Source: Camelus ferus (Eukaryota). From it: a stretch of DNA of 64,000 bases. How positions within the stretch are numbered: the first letter of the stretch is position 1; each line of letters begins with the position of its first letter. Made by a program: the position numbers and the translations under genes. Location: assembly GCF_009834535.1 (NCBI RefSeq), contig NC_045696.1, positions 97,032,001 to 97,096,000 of the forward strand, in the 5' to 3' direction. Below the pieces are notes generated by a model. It made no database searches. It worked only from the letters and a program-made list of their open reading frames with translations, and was not told the origin of the DNA. Below, piece by piece: positions 63,581 to 64,000 of the stretch.

Positions 63581-64000
63581 CACTATGCTCTTCTTGGAAA
63601 GCCTCGGAGAACCTGAGAAACCTAAAAATCGAGAGGGAATCAGAGGTGACCTCACCTTTATTAGAAGACCCCAACTGCTCCCTTGGAATAGCTTTAGCAT
63701 TAGAAGGTAGAATCTTGGCTGAGTCGACAGTGTCCAGAACTGTTCAGGGTTCCCTTCAGTGGTATGCAGTGCCCTCGTATGGCCACAAGAGGGAGCCAGC
63801 GATGCGGAGAGCCCACCTTAAAAGAGCCGCCTGCAGCAGAAATGATTCCCCCCAGAAGTTGAACTGAACCCGCAAAAGGAATCCCTACCGAGCTCCAAAG
63901 TGGGAGGGGGCCTTGGGGAGCGGGAAGCAGGACAGAGAGAACGTGAGAAAAACCAGAAGTGTAGAGTAAAACAGATGGGGAGGGAGTCAAAATTGTAACT

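Overview
This is mammalian genomic DNA, most likely from a camelid. Three copies of a tRNA-derived SINE matching the camelid Vic-1 type occur with cetartiodactyl-type L1 3' ends. I can support no intact host protein-coding gene, RNA gene, CRISPR array or prokaryote-style system. The ORF track is almost entirely chance ORFs plus L1 ORF1/ORF2 remnants. The window is a repeat-rich intergenic or intronic region containing L1, L2, MIR, MaLR/ERVL/ERV1 LTRs and hAT/Tigger MITEs. Repeat-poor islands (about 1.6-11 kb, 32.8-37.8 kb and 46.5-50 kb) carry promoter-, exon- or enhancer-like signals. The best-supported oddities are: (1) a twin-primed, 5'-inverted L1 with a 23-nt breakpoint duplication nested in an old 3'-truncated L1; (2) a young TSD-flanked L1 with an internal deletion and a duplicated junction; (3) a triplicated splice-donor cassette behind a CpG-containing first-exon-like segment; (4) a CpG-rich LTR41-like element whose CTCF core is bracketed by a perfect 9-bp inverted repeat; (5) an ERV1-type LTR with an internal polypurine tract. 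Repeat subfamily names are recalled from consensus sequences, not searched, and most repeat boundaries are approximate. I found no convincing new biological system.
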